Under the pieces are notes generated by a model. The model saw nothing but the letters and a program-made list of their open reading frames with translations, made no database searches and had not been told where the DNA came from. A DNA stretch of 64,000 nt, taken from Salpingoeca rosetta. Taxonomy: Eukaryota; Protista; Choanoflagellata. Within the stretch, counting starts at the first letter, position 1, and every line of letters starts with the position of its first letter. This document shows positions 1 through 13,500 of this stretch, piece after piece. The position numbers were made by a program, and so were the translations under genes. The stretch covers positions 1,220,405-1,284,404 of the forward strand of contig JAWQFM010000012.1 in the NCBI GenBank assembly GCA_033442325.1, given 5' to 3'.

Positions 1-494
1 GGCGGCAGCACATATCACAGAAAGACAACTATCACTGACACTCAAAACGACGGTGCAGGTCGCAACGCATCGTCACTTACAAGCCATCGAACACGTCAAC
101 GGAGAGGGTTGCGACAGGCGTTGCCGTTGGTGGCTGGAAATCGCTCCAGTACCGAATGCCCTGTGTGTGTGTGTGTGAGACTTGAAACTCAACACCGCTG
201 CAGCGCGATGTGGGAAGCCTTATGTGTCTGGCCGACGGGGACGCAACAGGACCCCCATCAAGGTAGGTTGATTATAATATTCTTACATTATTATTTTATT
301 ATGTTAATTGTCGCATAGTTTGCGAGGATCAAAGGATACAGATCTATAGGGAGTTAGAATAGTTTATATACCTCTCATAATTGTTATGTAAGTCCGTGTG
401 GTAGGTATTAACTGTACTCGCACATAACAACATAGTATGCCACTACCAGATCATCTGTACTGATGATATTTAGAGCAGGCAGCGAGTTTCTTCC

Positions 495-594
495 NNNNNN
501 NNNNNNNNNNNNNNNNNNNNNNNNNNNNNNNNNNNNNNNNNNNNNNNNNNNNNNNNNNNNNNNNNNNNNNNNNNNNNNNNNNNNNNNNNNNNNN
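495..594. other. Assembly gap (100 N) next to a (CA)n tract
   Basis: Run of N followed directly by (CA)n; it interrupts the last visible cadherin intron. Confidence 0.99.
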
Positions 595-653
<59 letters not shown>

Positions 654-666
654 CACACACATACAC

Positions 667-705
<39 letters not shown>

Positions 706-708
706 CAC

Positions 709-1491
709 CAGGAGTGCTTGCGTGTAGGTGGCAATGGAGGCAGAGCCAGAAAGCGTAATCTGGGTTGTGGTTGCATCAATGCTGGCTCGTGTTGCGGTGA
801 TGCCAGAGTTGGAATCGACATCCACGCGGATGCCTTGGTGACAAGCACCAAGACAGCGCGCAAGTGCAGTCGGCCACGTCTCGTTGCCAAGAAACACGCT
901 GCGCACAGCACCAGTGATGGACTCAGTCGCACCCGCGCTGGGGTCAAATCGTGCACCTGTGGGGAGGCAAGTACGCGCAACGCACATTGCATCACCAGGC
1001 AGTGCATGCGTTAAGAGATAAGGAATGAAAGGGTGTATGTACGTACTTGCGTTTGCTTTTGTTCTGAGTGTGTGGTGTACATGTCTTCATGTACGCGCGA
1101 GTGTATGTGTGTGAGTGTGTGTGTGCGTGTGCTTGTGGCTTGAACGAACAAGGAGTAAGACTGCAACACAGGCCCATAGAACGGACCGAGGTATGTGACT
1201 GCGTTGGTGTTGTCGATTGGCGTCTGCGTCAGCGGCAGCGGGGAAGTTGATGTACTGCCGTCCGGGCGAATGACGCGAGCAGCAGCAACGACAGCGCCGT
1301 CAACCTCAACCTGGTGATTTGTGTTTTGGTTTTGCAAAGGCGGAGCAGGGGAAGGATGGGATAGGGAAGAGAAGATTCGAAGCAGATGTGCGATGGAAAT
1401 GTGAGGTGTTGGGGCAGTGATGAACAATAAAGTTGTGAGTGATGAACACATGGCGCATGTCTTTGCACAACGCACACACACACACTCACTC

Positions 1492-1543
<52 letters not shown>

Positions 1544-4500
1544 GCACGCACGCACACATACACACACACGACGCACATCAAGCGTTGTTGGGAAGATGAG
1601 GCGGACAGACACATGGTGCCACTCGTTGTCGTCAATGGGCTCTGCTAGATCAAACTCGATGCGGTAGAGCTGAACATCCCCGGCCTGCACAAGCGCAGTG
1701 TCGCCCTCAGCGTTGTAGACAAAGGCCAGCTGCTGCGACGTTGCCCAGAGCGAGTACGCGGGCGCGTGCTGGTTGAGGATGGAGCGGCTGATGAGAAAGC
1801 CAGATGCGCCATCCTCCAGCCGGAACACGAGCGAGAAGGAAATGGCCGCAATGTCGCCCAGTTCGTTCTGTGGGAACGTTGGATAGGAGAAGGTCTCGTC
1901 CAGTGACGCGTACTGCCCGGATCCAGCGAATTCAACGCTGTCGTAGTCGGCGTTGCGCGTGGCGCCGTTTGCAGGGATCATTTGCGGCGTCAGTTCAACA
2001 AAGAACGCGCCTGCGCATTCGCTGCACGTGCGCGTTCGCGTCATGTTCACCTGTGCCCGCTCCAGAGGAGATTGCGTGTCCGCGTCCTGCACCTGTAGCG
2101 ACGTGAGCACGACCATGTCTTGTCGCCCCACCAGGTAGCGGAAGTCACCAAGCGACGCCCTGTTTGGTCAAACATAACACATGACACAGCAGGTGAGGCG
2201 TCAACTTGGCAGAAGAAGCATGTACATTGACCACACACACAATAATATGACATGTCTTGCGCAGGATATGCCTTGCACGTTACGTACATAGACAACACAA
2301 GACACACACACACGCACAACACAAGACACACACACACATACACCCACAAAAGCACACACACACACACATATATACACACACACACACAAACCCCGCAAGC
2401 ACACAGCACGAACATCAACACACGCAACACAAGACACACACAGCAAACGCATCACTTACGTGGGCGGGTTGTTGTTGATGTCGGTGATGGAGAAGCGAAT
2501 GGTCAGCTGGGAGATGAAGCGCGGAGAGCCAAGGTCACTCGCGTAGACTGTGTAAGTGACAACGGGACTGTTTGACTCGTACGTGAGCGCATTGTACGAC
2601 ACCAAGCCAGAGAGCTGGTTGATGGACACACGTGGGTCGCCAAAGCCAGAGTAGCGCGCGGCGCTGTTCACGCCGGGTGCATCGGCATCTGTCGTGCGGA
2701 TGGTGAAGTTTCCAACCGCAAGCTCGCGCACCGTCACGTTCAGCACCGTGATGGGTGTGCATGTGGTCAGGGAATCCAGCGAGCAGAACACGGGCGCGTT
2801 GTCGTTGACATCAAGCACCCGCAGCGTCACGTTCACCCACACGCGACGCGGCGGCGCGCCGCTGTCGGCCACAAGGATGGCCACGTCCCATTCATCACGC
2901 GTTTCCCGGTCCAGCTTCTGCGCCAGGCGAACCTGCCCACCACTGGTCACAGAAACGACGGCCGGCGTGGCGCTCGTGAACATCACGCGGCCGTTCTCAC
3001 CACTGTCTGCGTCCGTGGCCGTGATGCTGAAGAGAACATGGCCAATAGCGGTGCTTTCCAGGACGCCCAGCGTCGCGGGCGGCGAGGACGTGATCACGGG
3101 CGCGTTGTCATTGACATCCGTGACATTGACAGTGACGCTGATGGTTGACGAGAGGGCAGGGCTGCCCTGATCGCTTGCCAGGAATGTCAGCACGTATGAG
3201 GTACGCTGCTCGTAATCCAGCACGGACCCACCAGCACTGGCAGTGGCCGTGCGAACAGCGCCGGTCACCGCGTCCACGTACACGCCGCCAGGGAACCCGT
3301 CGCTCGACACGAGGGAGAAGCGCACCTGCGACGCCGCACTGCCAACGTCCGCGTCTGACGCGCTCAGATTGAAGAGCACATGGGCAGTGTAGCGGCCTTC
3401 TGCAATCTCCACGGGGTTTCTGTCCGCCGTGACAACAGGAGCGTTGTCGTTGACGTCCTCAACGTGGATCGTAATCACGCTGTCCCGTGTGTTGAAAGGC
3501 ACTGCGCCATCGGTCGCCCGAACGAGGACGCGGACAGTCTGCGCTGCCTCCGCATCCAGCGCACTCTCCAGTGTGAGCACGCCAGAGGTGGCGTTCACGC
3601 TCGCAAACGAGCTGCCGTTGACCAGCGAGAAGAACACAGCACCGCCAGCACCCGTATCGCGATCCCACGCGTGCAGGCGCACCAGCTCAACACCAGGCAC
3701 GTTCTCTGGCACGGACACGGCGACGTTTGCGGGCGTGAACACGGGCGCCTCGTCGTTCACATCAAGCACTGTCACCTGCAGCACGTGCGTGGTGGAGAGG
3801 GACGGTGAGCCCGTATCAGACACGCGAATCACGGCCGAGAAGTTTGCAGCCGTCTCATAGTCCAGACTTGATGTGGTGACCAGCACGGGCGAGTCTGCGG
3901 CGAGGAAGGCCACGGGCGCCGTGCCCGGTGCCGTTGTCGAGACAACCGCATATCGCAGGCCCGTGTTGGCGGACGTGATGTCCGCATCTGTGGCCTGCAC
4001 CTCAAGCACGGGTGTGCCTGGCGCGACGGCTTCCGACACCTGCACCGGCTGCAGCGAGAACACGGGCTGGTGGTCATTCGCATCCACGAAGCGGACGGTG
4101 AAGCGCACAGCAGCAAACAGGGAGGCGTTGCTGCGGTCGTGGGCAATCGCCGTCGCCGTCAGCACCAGCGGGGCACCAAGCACGTCCACGTCAACCACGG
4201 TGGCCATGGTCACGTCGCCAGTCACCTCGTCAATGGCCAGGTACCCACTGGGGGTCGTCTCCAGCTCATACACGTTCGTGTTGCTGCCGGAGGTGTCTGG
4301 GTCTGTCGACTGCACCGAAAACACAAGCATGCCGACGGGGAGGCCTTCTTTCACGTTCACGGTGGACAGCGGTGCGGGTGCCGTGATCACTGGTGGCTCG
4401 TTCACGTCGCCAATGATGATGGCAATCGGCATGGGCGTGCTGCGGGACGGCGTGCCCTTGTCCGACACGCGCACCAGCACTGCGTACAGGTGCTGCGTCT

Positions 4501-6764
4501 CCCTGTCGAACTTCACCGCCGCAAACAGCTCGCCCGTGTTGGCGTCCAGCTCAAACTCACCGCCGTCGTTGCCGCCAATAAGCGAGAACGTCAGCTCCCC
4601 GTTTGCGCCCGCGTCTGCGTCGCGTGCAACCACGGTGGTGATGAGCGCACCAACGGCGTTGTTCTCCGGGAACACCACGCTGCTGCCTGGCGAAATCACC
4701 TGCGGGCTGTTGTCGTTCTCGTCCAGGATCGTGATCACGAGCGTGATGGGTGTGGCGCTGAGGCGGCGCTGTGGCACCCCCGTATCCGTCATGCCCACAA
4801 CGAGCGTGATTTGCTGCAAGGCCTCCCGGTTCAGCTGCCTGAGCGTGCGCACCTCGCCCGTGCCAGTCACCTCCACATAAGGGTTGGAGCTGTTGCTCGC
4901 GCCAGCAAGGAAGAACACCACGCGCCCGTTGACACCAGCATCCGCGTCGCTCGCGTTGAGCACCGTCACCAGCGTGCCTGCAGGCAGGTTCTCAAGCACA
5001 GACGCGCGAACGAACGTGCTGTCGGGCACCGGGGCGTTGTCGTTCACATCTGTCACCGTCAGCGCAAACGTGCGGTTGACCTTGCATACGCCATCGCTCA
5101 CAAGCAGCACCACATCCACGCTTGCCGCTTGCTCCCTGTCCAGAACAAGGCCACCCAACAGCACCTGGTACACTGATTCCCCCGTCTGCACTACTGCTGG
5201 GCGATCGCTGGCACTTGCTTGGCCGTTGTTGCCGGCACGCCACGCCGTCAAGGTGATGTTGTTTGTGGCTGCAGCATCTGCGTCTGCGATGGAGACAGTG
5301 GCCAGCAGGCGCTCTGGTCCAGCGTCCTCAGCGAACGACGCCTGCTCTGGCGTCACAGTGAACGTGGGGCAGTTGTCGTTTGCGTCCAACACCTGCACAG
5401 TGAGGTTGGCCAGTGTGTGCTGGGCCTGCGTCGTGCTCCCATCTGTTGCCACCACCGTCAGCGTGTACGTCTGCTGCACCTCGTAGTCAAGCGGCTGCGT
5501 CAGCACGAGCGAGCCGTTGCCGTACATGGTGAAGGGCCCAACAGTGGCAACGGTACTGCCGCCGCCACTTGCGGTGGTGGTGTCGTGCAGGCCAAAGCGG
5601 ACCTGGCCGTTGGCGTTGTCGTCTGCATCATGTGCAACCACTTGCCGCAGCACAGTGCCAACAGGCGATGCTTCGCTCGTGACAACGTCATTGAGAGACG
5701 CGCCGTCAAAGACGGGCGCGTTGTCGTTCACGTCGCGAATGAGGACCTCAACCACAGCGGGATCGGCAAAGCGGGTCGGCGTTCCAGCATCTTGCGCAAG
5801 GACAACAAAGACATAGGATCGGCGCGTTTCGTAGTCCAGCGGGCTCGCAGCGCCTGCCTTCAGGCGCAGTTGAGCGGACGCTGAGTCCACCTCAAATAGT
5901 GCGCTGGCGGGGCCGGCGAGCGAGTACGAGATGCGGGCGTTCGCCGCTGCATCTGCGTCCGTGGCCGTGAGAAAGAGGGGCAGGTTGCCAAACGTGTTGA
6001 ACTCGAGCACGGTGTCGCCGCCAGCTGCGTCCTCTGCAATGATGCCAACAAAGCGCGTCTCTGAGAACACGGGCTTGTTGTCGTTGACATCCAGCACGGT
6101 CACGTGCACAAGGACAACCGCTGAGCGTTCGCCGTCGCTTGCTGTGACCCGAAGCACCGTGGCAGCGCTTGTTTCGCGGTCTAAGCGCGAGGTGGTGCGG
6201 ATCTCGCCCGTGGCGCTGTCCACGCCAAAGCGCGTATGGTTGAGGCTGTATGTCACGGTCTGCCTGTCGGCGTCTGTCGCGCGCACGGTGAGCAGGTGCG
6301 AGCCCACGCTGGCTGCCTCGGAGATGTTGGCCAAGTACACTGGCACATCAAAGACGGGGGTGTTGTCGTTGATGGTCACCACCTCCACGGTAACCGGGGC
6401 AGGCACGCTGTTGTCCGTGCCATCACATACGACGACGCTGATGTTGCGCGTGCCCGCAAACGGCTCAGCCGCCACATTGACGTATCCACATGATGCGAGG
6501 TATGCCTGGAAGCTTGCCAGCGGCGCTGATTGTGCTGTCGCAGGCGCAACCCAGTACGTGCGCACGCGAATGGTCGCGTCGTCAACATCAACGGTGTCGT
6601 TGATGGCAACAAGCGCCAGGTTGAATGACGTCGCGGCTGCACCGCATTCAATTGCATCGCCCTCCAGTGACACGCGCGCACGAATGCTCATCCACATGCC
6701 GCTCAGCTCAGTGTTGTCCTCATCCGTGATGTCAACCACAGAGCGGACTCCTGTCGTACGTGCA

Positions 6765-6849
<85 letters not shown>

Positions 6850-7426
6850 GGAGTGGGCGAAGAAGGGAGAGGGGGTGAGGAAGTGTGGGAGGTTCAGTTG
6901 TGTGCAAATGTGTGTGTGTGCGTTTGTGTGTGTTTGTGCGTGTTTGTGTATGTGTGTGTGTGTGTGCGTTTGTGTGTGTTTGTGCGTGTTTGTGTATGTG
7001 TGTGTGTGTGTGCGTGCATGTATGTGTGTGTGTGTGCGCGCGTGTGTTTGTTTGTTTGTGTGCGTGAATATGTGCGCCACGTGTGCAAACAGGCGTGGGT
7101 GTCACAGCATGGACGCTTGGTTCGCTTGTTTGCATTGCACTGACCGCAAGAGGTTGAGTTGCATTGGCCGTTGAAGGATGTGGTTGGACACGTCGCTGAC
7201 ACGGAGCACTTGATGCTCGGACGGGTGCCATCCACGGCATCTTCTGGGAACGATCGCTCGCACACGACATTGCCACCTTGCAGGCCAGGCAGAGGGGCTG
7301 TGATGTGTGTTGCATTGTGAACAGTCCCCACCAGCGACGCCGTGGGATAGCCGCCAAAGTACCTGCGCATGTGAAAGTGACAAGGGCCGGTGATGACATG
7401 AGTGTGACAAACTTATACCCTCACGA

Positions 7427-7500
<74 letters not shown>

Positions 7501-10500
7501 ACCAACAACACCCCCCCCCCACACACACACACCAACAGCATACCCGGTGCAGATGGTCTGAAGCTCAGCGACGCTGTCGATGCTGATGGTGATGTTGTGC
7601 AGCGATGACGTTGCGGCACTTGTGGCGGGGTCAACCACAAGCGAGCCCGACAAGCAGCAGTCGCACGACAGCGGACAGGTGCTGTTCGTCAAGGGATACT
7701 CGCCTTCCCACGCAGGCGACCGTGTGCCAGTCAGGCTCACAGGCAGGCCAGCGTCCTCCACGAACGACAGCTGCACAGCGCTGCTGCCGTTCACAGCTCC
7801 ACGCAGGTGAACAACAGGTGGGTCGTTCACGGCCTGAAACTGGAGGATGGCGTGCACGAGCGTTGTGTTGATGCCATCCGAGGCAACAACATCAACGCGG
7901 CGGTCACGCATGTCCGGGTTGTCCACGCTGTTTTCATATGTCAGCGATTGAAGCACGTCCTCGAAAGCGCTCACCGGTGCAGTGCCTTGCACAGAGACCA
8001 CGTGCCCGCGCTGAGCCGCGGACGTAAACGCCGCATTTGCCAGCGCAGCTGATGAGAAGGCCAGCTCTTCCGCACTGCCGTCTGGACGGTCCACAAGCGT
8101 CACAGAGAGCCATGTGAGGTTCGCTGAGTCCACGTCAACAACTGATGCGGCGGGGAAGAGCGTGCGCACACCGCTTTCCTCCGTGTAGTTGACATAGGCG
8201 GTGGTGGCGTCGCGGCCGCTCAGCAACGTGTCATCCCCCGTCAGCGAGACAATGGGTGCGTTGTTCACAGGCTCAAGCAGCACCAGGGTCCTGATGGCGG
8301 CGCTTGCTGCCCCTTGCTCATCCACAACTTGCGAGCTGACCACGCGCGTGTCCCGCGTTGGGTTTCCGGCGCGCTCATCCAGTCCAAGCAGATTCACGTA
8401 CGCGACCGAGCGTAGCACCTGCTCGTACACGTGCACGCGGGCCAGACCCCTGATGCCCAGCGTGCGTCGAGAAGTGCACGACTCAAGCACCATGCCGTTG
8501 CCGTCCCACACACCAGCGGGAACGGTGCCGTTCACGGGAAGAGCAACCCCACTGGCAGAGCAGAACACAGCGCTGAGGCCGGCACTTGTTGGTAGGTCAA
8601 GCACCGTCAGCACGTCGCTGTCGCCATCCGGCGCAGACACGAGCGTCACAAAGGCGCCCGTCAGGAACGTGGAGTCCGTGTCGCTGGCAACCACGCCCGG
8701 AAGCGCAGGCGTCGGCGAGCTACCCTCGCGGAAGCGCACGCTCTGCAGCATTGAACTGCCGTTGGTGAAGCCAGAGAATGCGATGATGGGCGCGTCATTC
8801 ACGCGCACGAGCGTAATCACCGTAACCGTCATCGTGGTTACCCCAGGCACATCCTCCACCGTGAAGGAGATGGTGCGTGAGGCGCCCGTAAACTCCTCCT
8901 CCGTGTTCACATACCGCAGCGCCAGCAGCGCTTGGCGGTAATCGGCCACAGCCCCGCTCGTGCTGTGCACACGCACGCATGCGTTGTTGTTGCCTGGCGA
9001 AATGGTGGTGGTGGACGTGTTGTCCCACGTTGGCGCAGCAACAATTGCCTGCTGCGCGCCCGCGGAGCCCGTGGTGTGCTCGTTAATACAGGCCGTCACG
9101 CCCAGCAGCGGGTACACGGCGTTGTCAAAGTCGAAGAACTGCAGGTTCGGGGAGACAATGGCCACACCAGCGCTGTCCTCTGTAAACGAGGTCTGGTAAA
9201 ACGGGCTGCCATCCCCAACAAACAGCGTGGCTGCGCGGTCGTTGATGGTCACCACACGCACGCGCACCTCAAGCACGTTGCTTTGGAAGGTTCCATCGTG
9301 CACACGCACGCGAACCACGCGCACACCAGGGGTTGGCTCTGCGCGCGTGTTCACGTAAACCACCCGGCGCAGGCGCGCTTGCACATCTGCTACAGACCCG
9401 GACGGCAGCACGAGCGATCGGCCGCTCGCAGCGCCGTCAACACGCAGTTCCTCATCGCCACTGTCCTGCACAGTGCCAGCCACGAGCTCAACGGTTGCGG
9501 CTGCCAGCGGGAAGCCTGCGTCCGCGTCGCTGACCACGATGGAAGGCAGCACGGCCAGCTGCGGTGTTGGTTCGCCCAGCGCCTGCGATGGCTCCGTGTA
9601 CGTGCGGTTGGCGTCGAGTTCCGATGCAAAGGACAGCACGGGCGCCTCGTCGTTTGTCAACTCAATCAGCACCGTCGTCGCGGCTTTTGCAGACAGGTTG
9701 CTGGGTCTGAAGCGGCTCTCGTCAAAGTCATACACGGTGAGCACGGCCGAGCGTGCCTGCAGGCTCGCTTCAAAGGCCGTGGAGGCGAAGGCCACATGTC
9801 GCAAGCAGTACACCATCACACTCAGTGGAACGCTCGCCTGCGAGCTCGTGTTTGCACGCAGCGTCAGCACTGTGCGGTCCACCACCATCTGCGTTTGGTT
9901 CTGTGCGTTGTGTTCGGCGTACGACAGGGCAATGCCAGCACACGCCGTGCGAGCAGCCGTGTTGTTGAGCCACAGGCTGCCTTCGTCGTCAGCCACCGCT
10001 GGCGCCACTTGCTGCTCGTCCGCGCCAAACGCAATCACAAGCACGTCGCTGCCTGCAGAGGCGTTGACCAGCGTGACCGTGGCATGGGACACAGAGGTGC
10101 TGTCCACGTCCACAATAGACACGTTCGGGAACACGTGCACAGGCGATCGTGCCTCTGCAAACGTCACCGTGGGCGACGGCCACGCTGTGCCCGCATCCTC
10201 CTGAGCAATGATGGGCGCATCCGGCACGGGAGTCACGTTGATGGTGAGCGCAATCGCCTGCTGCGAGACGCTGCTGCGCGGATCCTGCAGCAGCAAAGAG
10301 GCGTCGAGTGGGCCAAGGCCGGTGCGGCCCTGCGTCTGGTCCCACACCAGCACGATGAGCCGCGCAGCGCCAAAGAAATCGGCGGCAGGCACGAGGCGCA
10401 CCTGCTCACACGCCAGCGGCAGCGCCGTCGTGAGGGAAATATCGGTCATGTCCGTGAAGGGCCCGGACTGGCCGCCAGACCGCAGGGCGTACTGCCACGT

Positions 10501-13500
10501 GCCAGCGGACGCCTGCACGCCGACGACGACAATACCGAGGCCACGCCTCGGCTGCGGGTCCACATCGGAGCCAAGCTGGTCAACGAGAGCGCAAACGTCA
10601 AAGGCGGGCGGATTTGTGCTGTCTTCCTCTATGGTCAGGGCGTTGAAGGCGGACACGCTGCTGGTGGGGCGGTCGTTCAGCTGGCGCACAGAGAGCGTCA
10701 CCTGCAAGGGCTGCGAGACATGCACGCCGTCGTTCACGGTGAGAGTGAGGGTGCGGCGGCCCGGCAGCGGCTCCTGTGCGGTGTTGGTGTACTGCACAGA
10801 GCGCAGCATGCGCAGGTACGCGGGGATGGTCGCCTCCCCTCGAATCGCCAGCGTGCGCGTGGACGTGCTTGCGTTCACACCCTCGCTGGTGGTAATGCCA
10901 GGAAACAGGAGCTGTGGCAGCAGCTGCTCTTCGGCCAAACTGTCCCGTGCGTTTGTCAGCACGAGCGTCGCGCTTTCAAGGCGCTGAAAGTCCACGTCTG
11001 CGTCCGTCAACTGCAGGCGGTCGTCAAACAAGAACACGGCGCCGCCATCCTCCTCAAACACAACGGCGCTCGCAGCCGTTTCACTGAACGTCACGGAGGG
11101 TGCGTGGTCGTTCGTGTCCTGCACGCGAACAACGACAGGGGCACTTGTGCTCAGTGCCGGTGTGCCCAGATCTGTTGCTTCAACACGAAAGACGTGCACG
11201 CTTTCTGCTTCAAAGTCCAGTGGCGCTGCCGTGTACAGCATGCCAGTGGTCGTGTTGATGCCAAACGGAACAGTAGCCGTGGTGGTGGTGATGGAAAAGC
11301 GAATCTGCGCGTTTGCGCCAGCATCAGCATCTGTTGCTGCGATCGTGGCCGTCTCTGGTGTGAGCGGTGTGCCCACAGCAGCGTTCTCATCAACAACAAA
11401 CTCATACCCTCCCCTGTCGAACACGGGTGCGTTGTCGTTTGTGTCTGTGACGGTCACGCCAACGGTCGCTGTGTCCGCGTGTCCATCTCCATCCCGCACA
11501 GCCACCTAAGAGTTGAATCGGATGAGTGTGATAATGGCGGTGAGACGTGCGTGAGTTGGAATGGGACAAGCTTTGGGCCTGGGGGAGGGCGCACAGCACG
11601 TGGTCCTTCCACACCGCAAACACATGCACACAGGCAAACAGATTCACGTGTTGACAATAAACGGACACAATACACACTTGTACAGCACACAATACACACT
11701 CAGTCACACTCACACTTACAACACACACATACTCGACGCGCACACGATAAACACTCAGTCACACTCACATGTGCAATACACACATACTTCTCGACGCGCA
11801 CACGATACATACTTGTGAGCCACACTCACATGAACAATACACACATACTCCTCGACGCACACGACGCACATGACAGACACGTACCAGAAGGGCGTATGAA
11901 GCAAAGGTCTCGCGGTCCAGCGGCGACGTCAGTTGCACCCGGCCATCCGATGTGACGTGAAAGTCGGCACTGGGAGCTGCGTTCTCCAAACTGAACATGA
12001 GGTTGCTGGCAACCGTGTCTGGATCTGTGGCAGCGAGTTGCAGCGAGAGGAAGGAGCCAACAGCAGCGTTCTCGGCAACAGACACGCTGTACGGGGCACC
12101 CACAAAGGAAGGCGTGTTATCGTTTGCATCCAGCACACTGACGGTGATAGTGTGGAAGGCTTGCATCGGTGGACTGCCACCATCACGCGCAACCACAGTC
12201 ACGACATACTCCTTTGTCATTTCAAAGTCCAAGGGACCAGACAAGAACACCATCCCTTGCTGCGAAACAGCAAATGGGGCGTTGGCCGGCCGCGTGCTGT
12301 TCAGGAAGAACTCCACGTCTCCGTTGGCGCCCGTGTCAAGGTCATAGGCAAGCAGCTGCACGATGCGCGACGGTACAGCCGTCGTCTCAATCACGTCCAC
12401 TGCATTTGGAACAGCGGCGTCAAACACGGGCGCGTGGTCGTTGATGTCCAGAAGCTGCACCTCAAACGCCATGCACGTCTGCAGCGGCGGTGAACCACCG
12501 TCACGCAAGCACACGGACACGTTGAGCACGTCGCCTAGCACCTCCCTGTCCAGCAGCGCTGGTCGCGCAACAGCGACGCTGTCCGCGGCTTGCAGAGGTG
12601 AGGGCTGCGAGATGTTGAAAATACCTGCGCCGGTGACGTCTGTGCCATCGGCAGTGTGCACGCGCAAGAACGCTGTCAGCTGCGCGTTGACACCTTCGTC
12701 GTCGTCTTCGGCCACAAATGTTCCCACGGAAGCACGCGACTGCTCCTCAATCTGCGACACGACCATAATGGACGTGAAGTGGGGCGCATTGTCGTTGACA
12801 TCCGTCACCACAACCAGCACGGTGGTTTCGTTGGACGGCAGGCGTGGCTCGCCGAGATCTGTGGCTGTGAACACGAGCGTGTATGTGCTCACGGCCTCAC
12901 GATCGAGGGGCGCTGCCAGCGTGACTCGGCCCGTGACAGCGTCCACGTCAAACGGCAGCTGCTGCGAGGGCGAGGTGCTGCCTGCACGCATGGAGAAGCG
13001 GACGGTGCCCGCAAGTGCAGCATCTGCATCTGTTGCCGTGAGCGACAGCAGCAGCGTGCCCAGCGCTGCGTCCTCCGGTACGTCAACCTGGTGTGGAAGC
13101 GGGCCAAGCACGGGCGCGTTGTCGTTGATGTCCAGCAGCGTGATGTTGAGGACAGCCGTGTTGGACAGGAACGGCGCCACGGTGGAGTTGGCAAGCACAG
13201 TCACGGTGAACCAGGGCACCTCTTCCCGGTCCAGCAAAGCACCACCGATGAGTGTCGCGGTCACGTTCGCTGTGTTTGCGTCAATCGCCACGGCACCGGC
13301 AACAGGGGAGCCCACATCAAACAGCAGACTGTACACAACGTCCGTGTTTGCGGCCAGCGTGTCTGCATCCATGACCACGAGCGACACGCCACTGCCGCCG
13401 CCCTTCAGAACAACGGAGGTGCCAGCACTAGCGTGCTCTGCAACCGTGGCAAAGAACACATCCTGCGAGAACTGAGGGGTGTGGTCGTTCACGTCGATAA

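Noticed and set aside
8932-11955. 1007-aa plus-strand ORF and many other long plus-strand ORFs over 2.5-23 kb
   Set aside because: Antisense shadows of the GC-rich cadherin exons; no motifs of their own.
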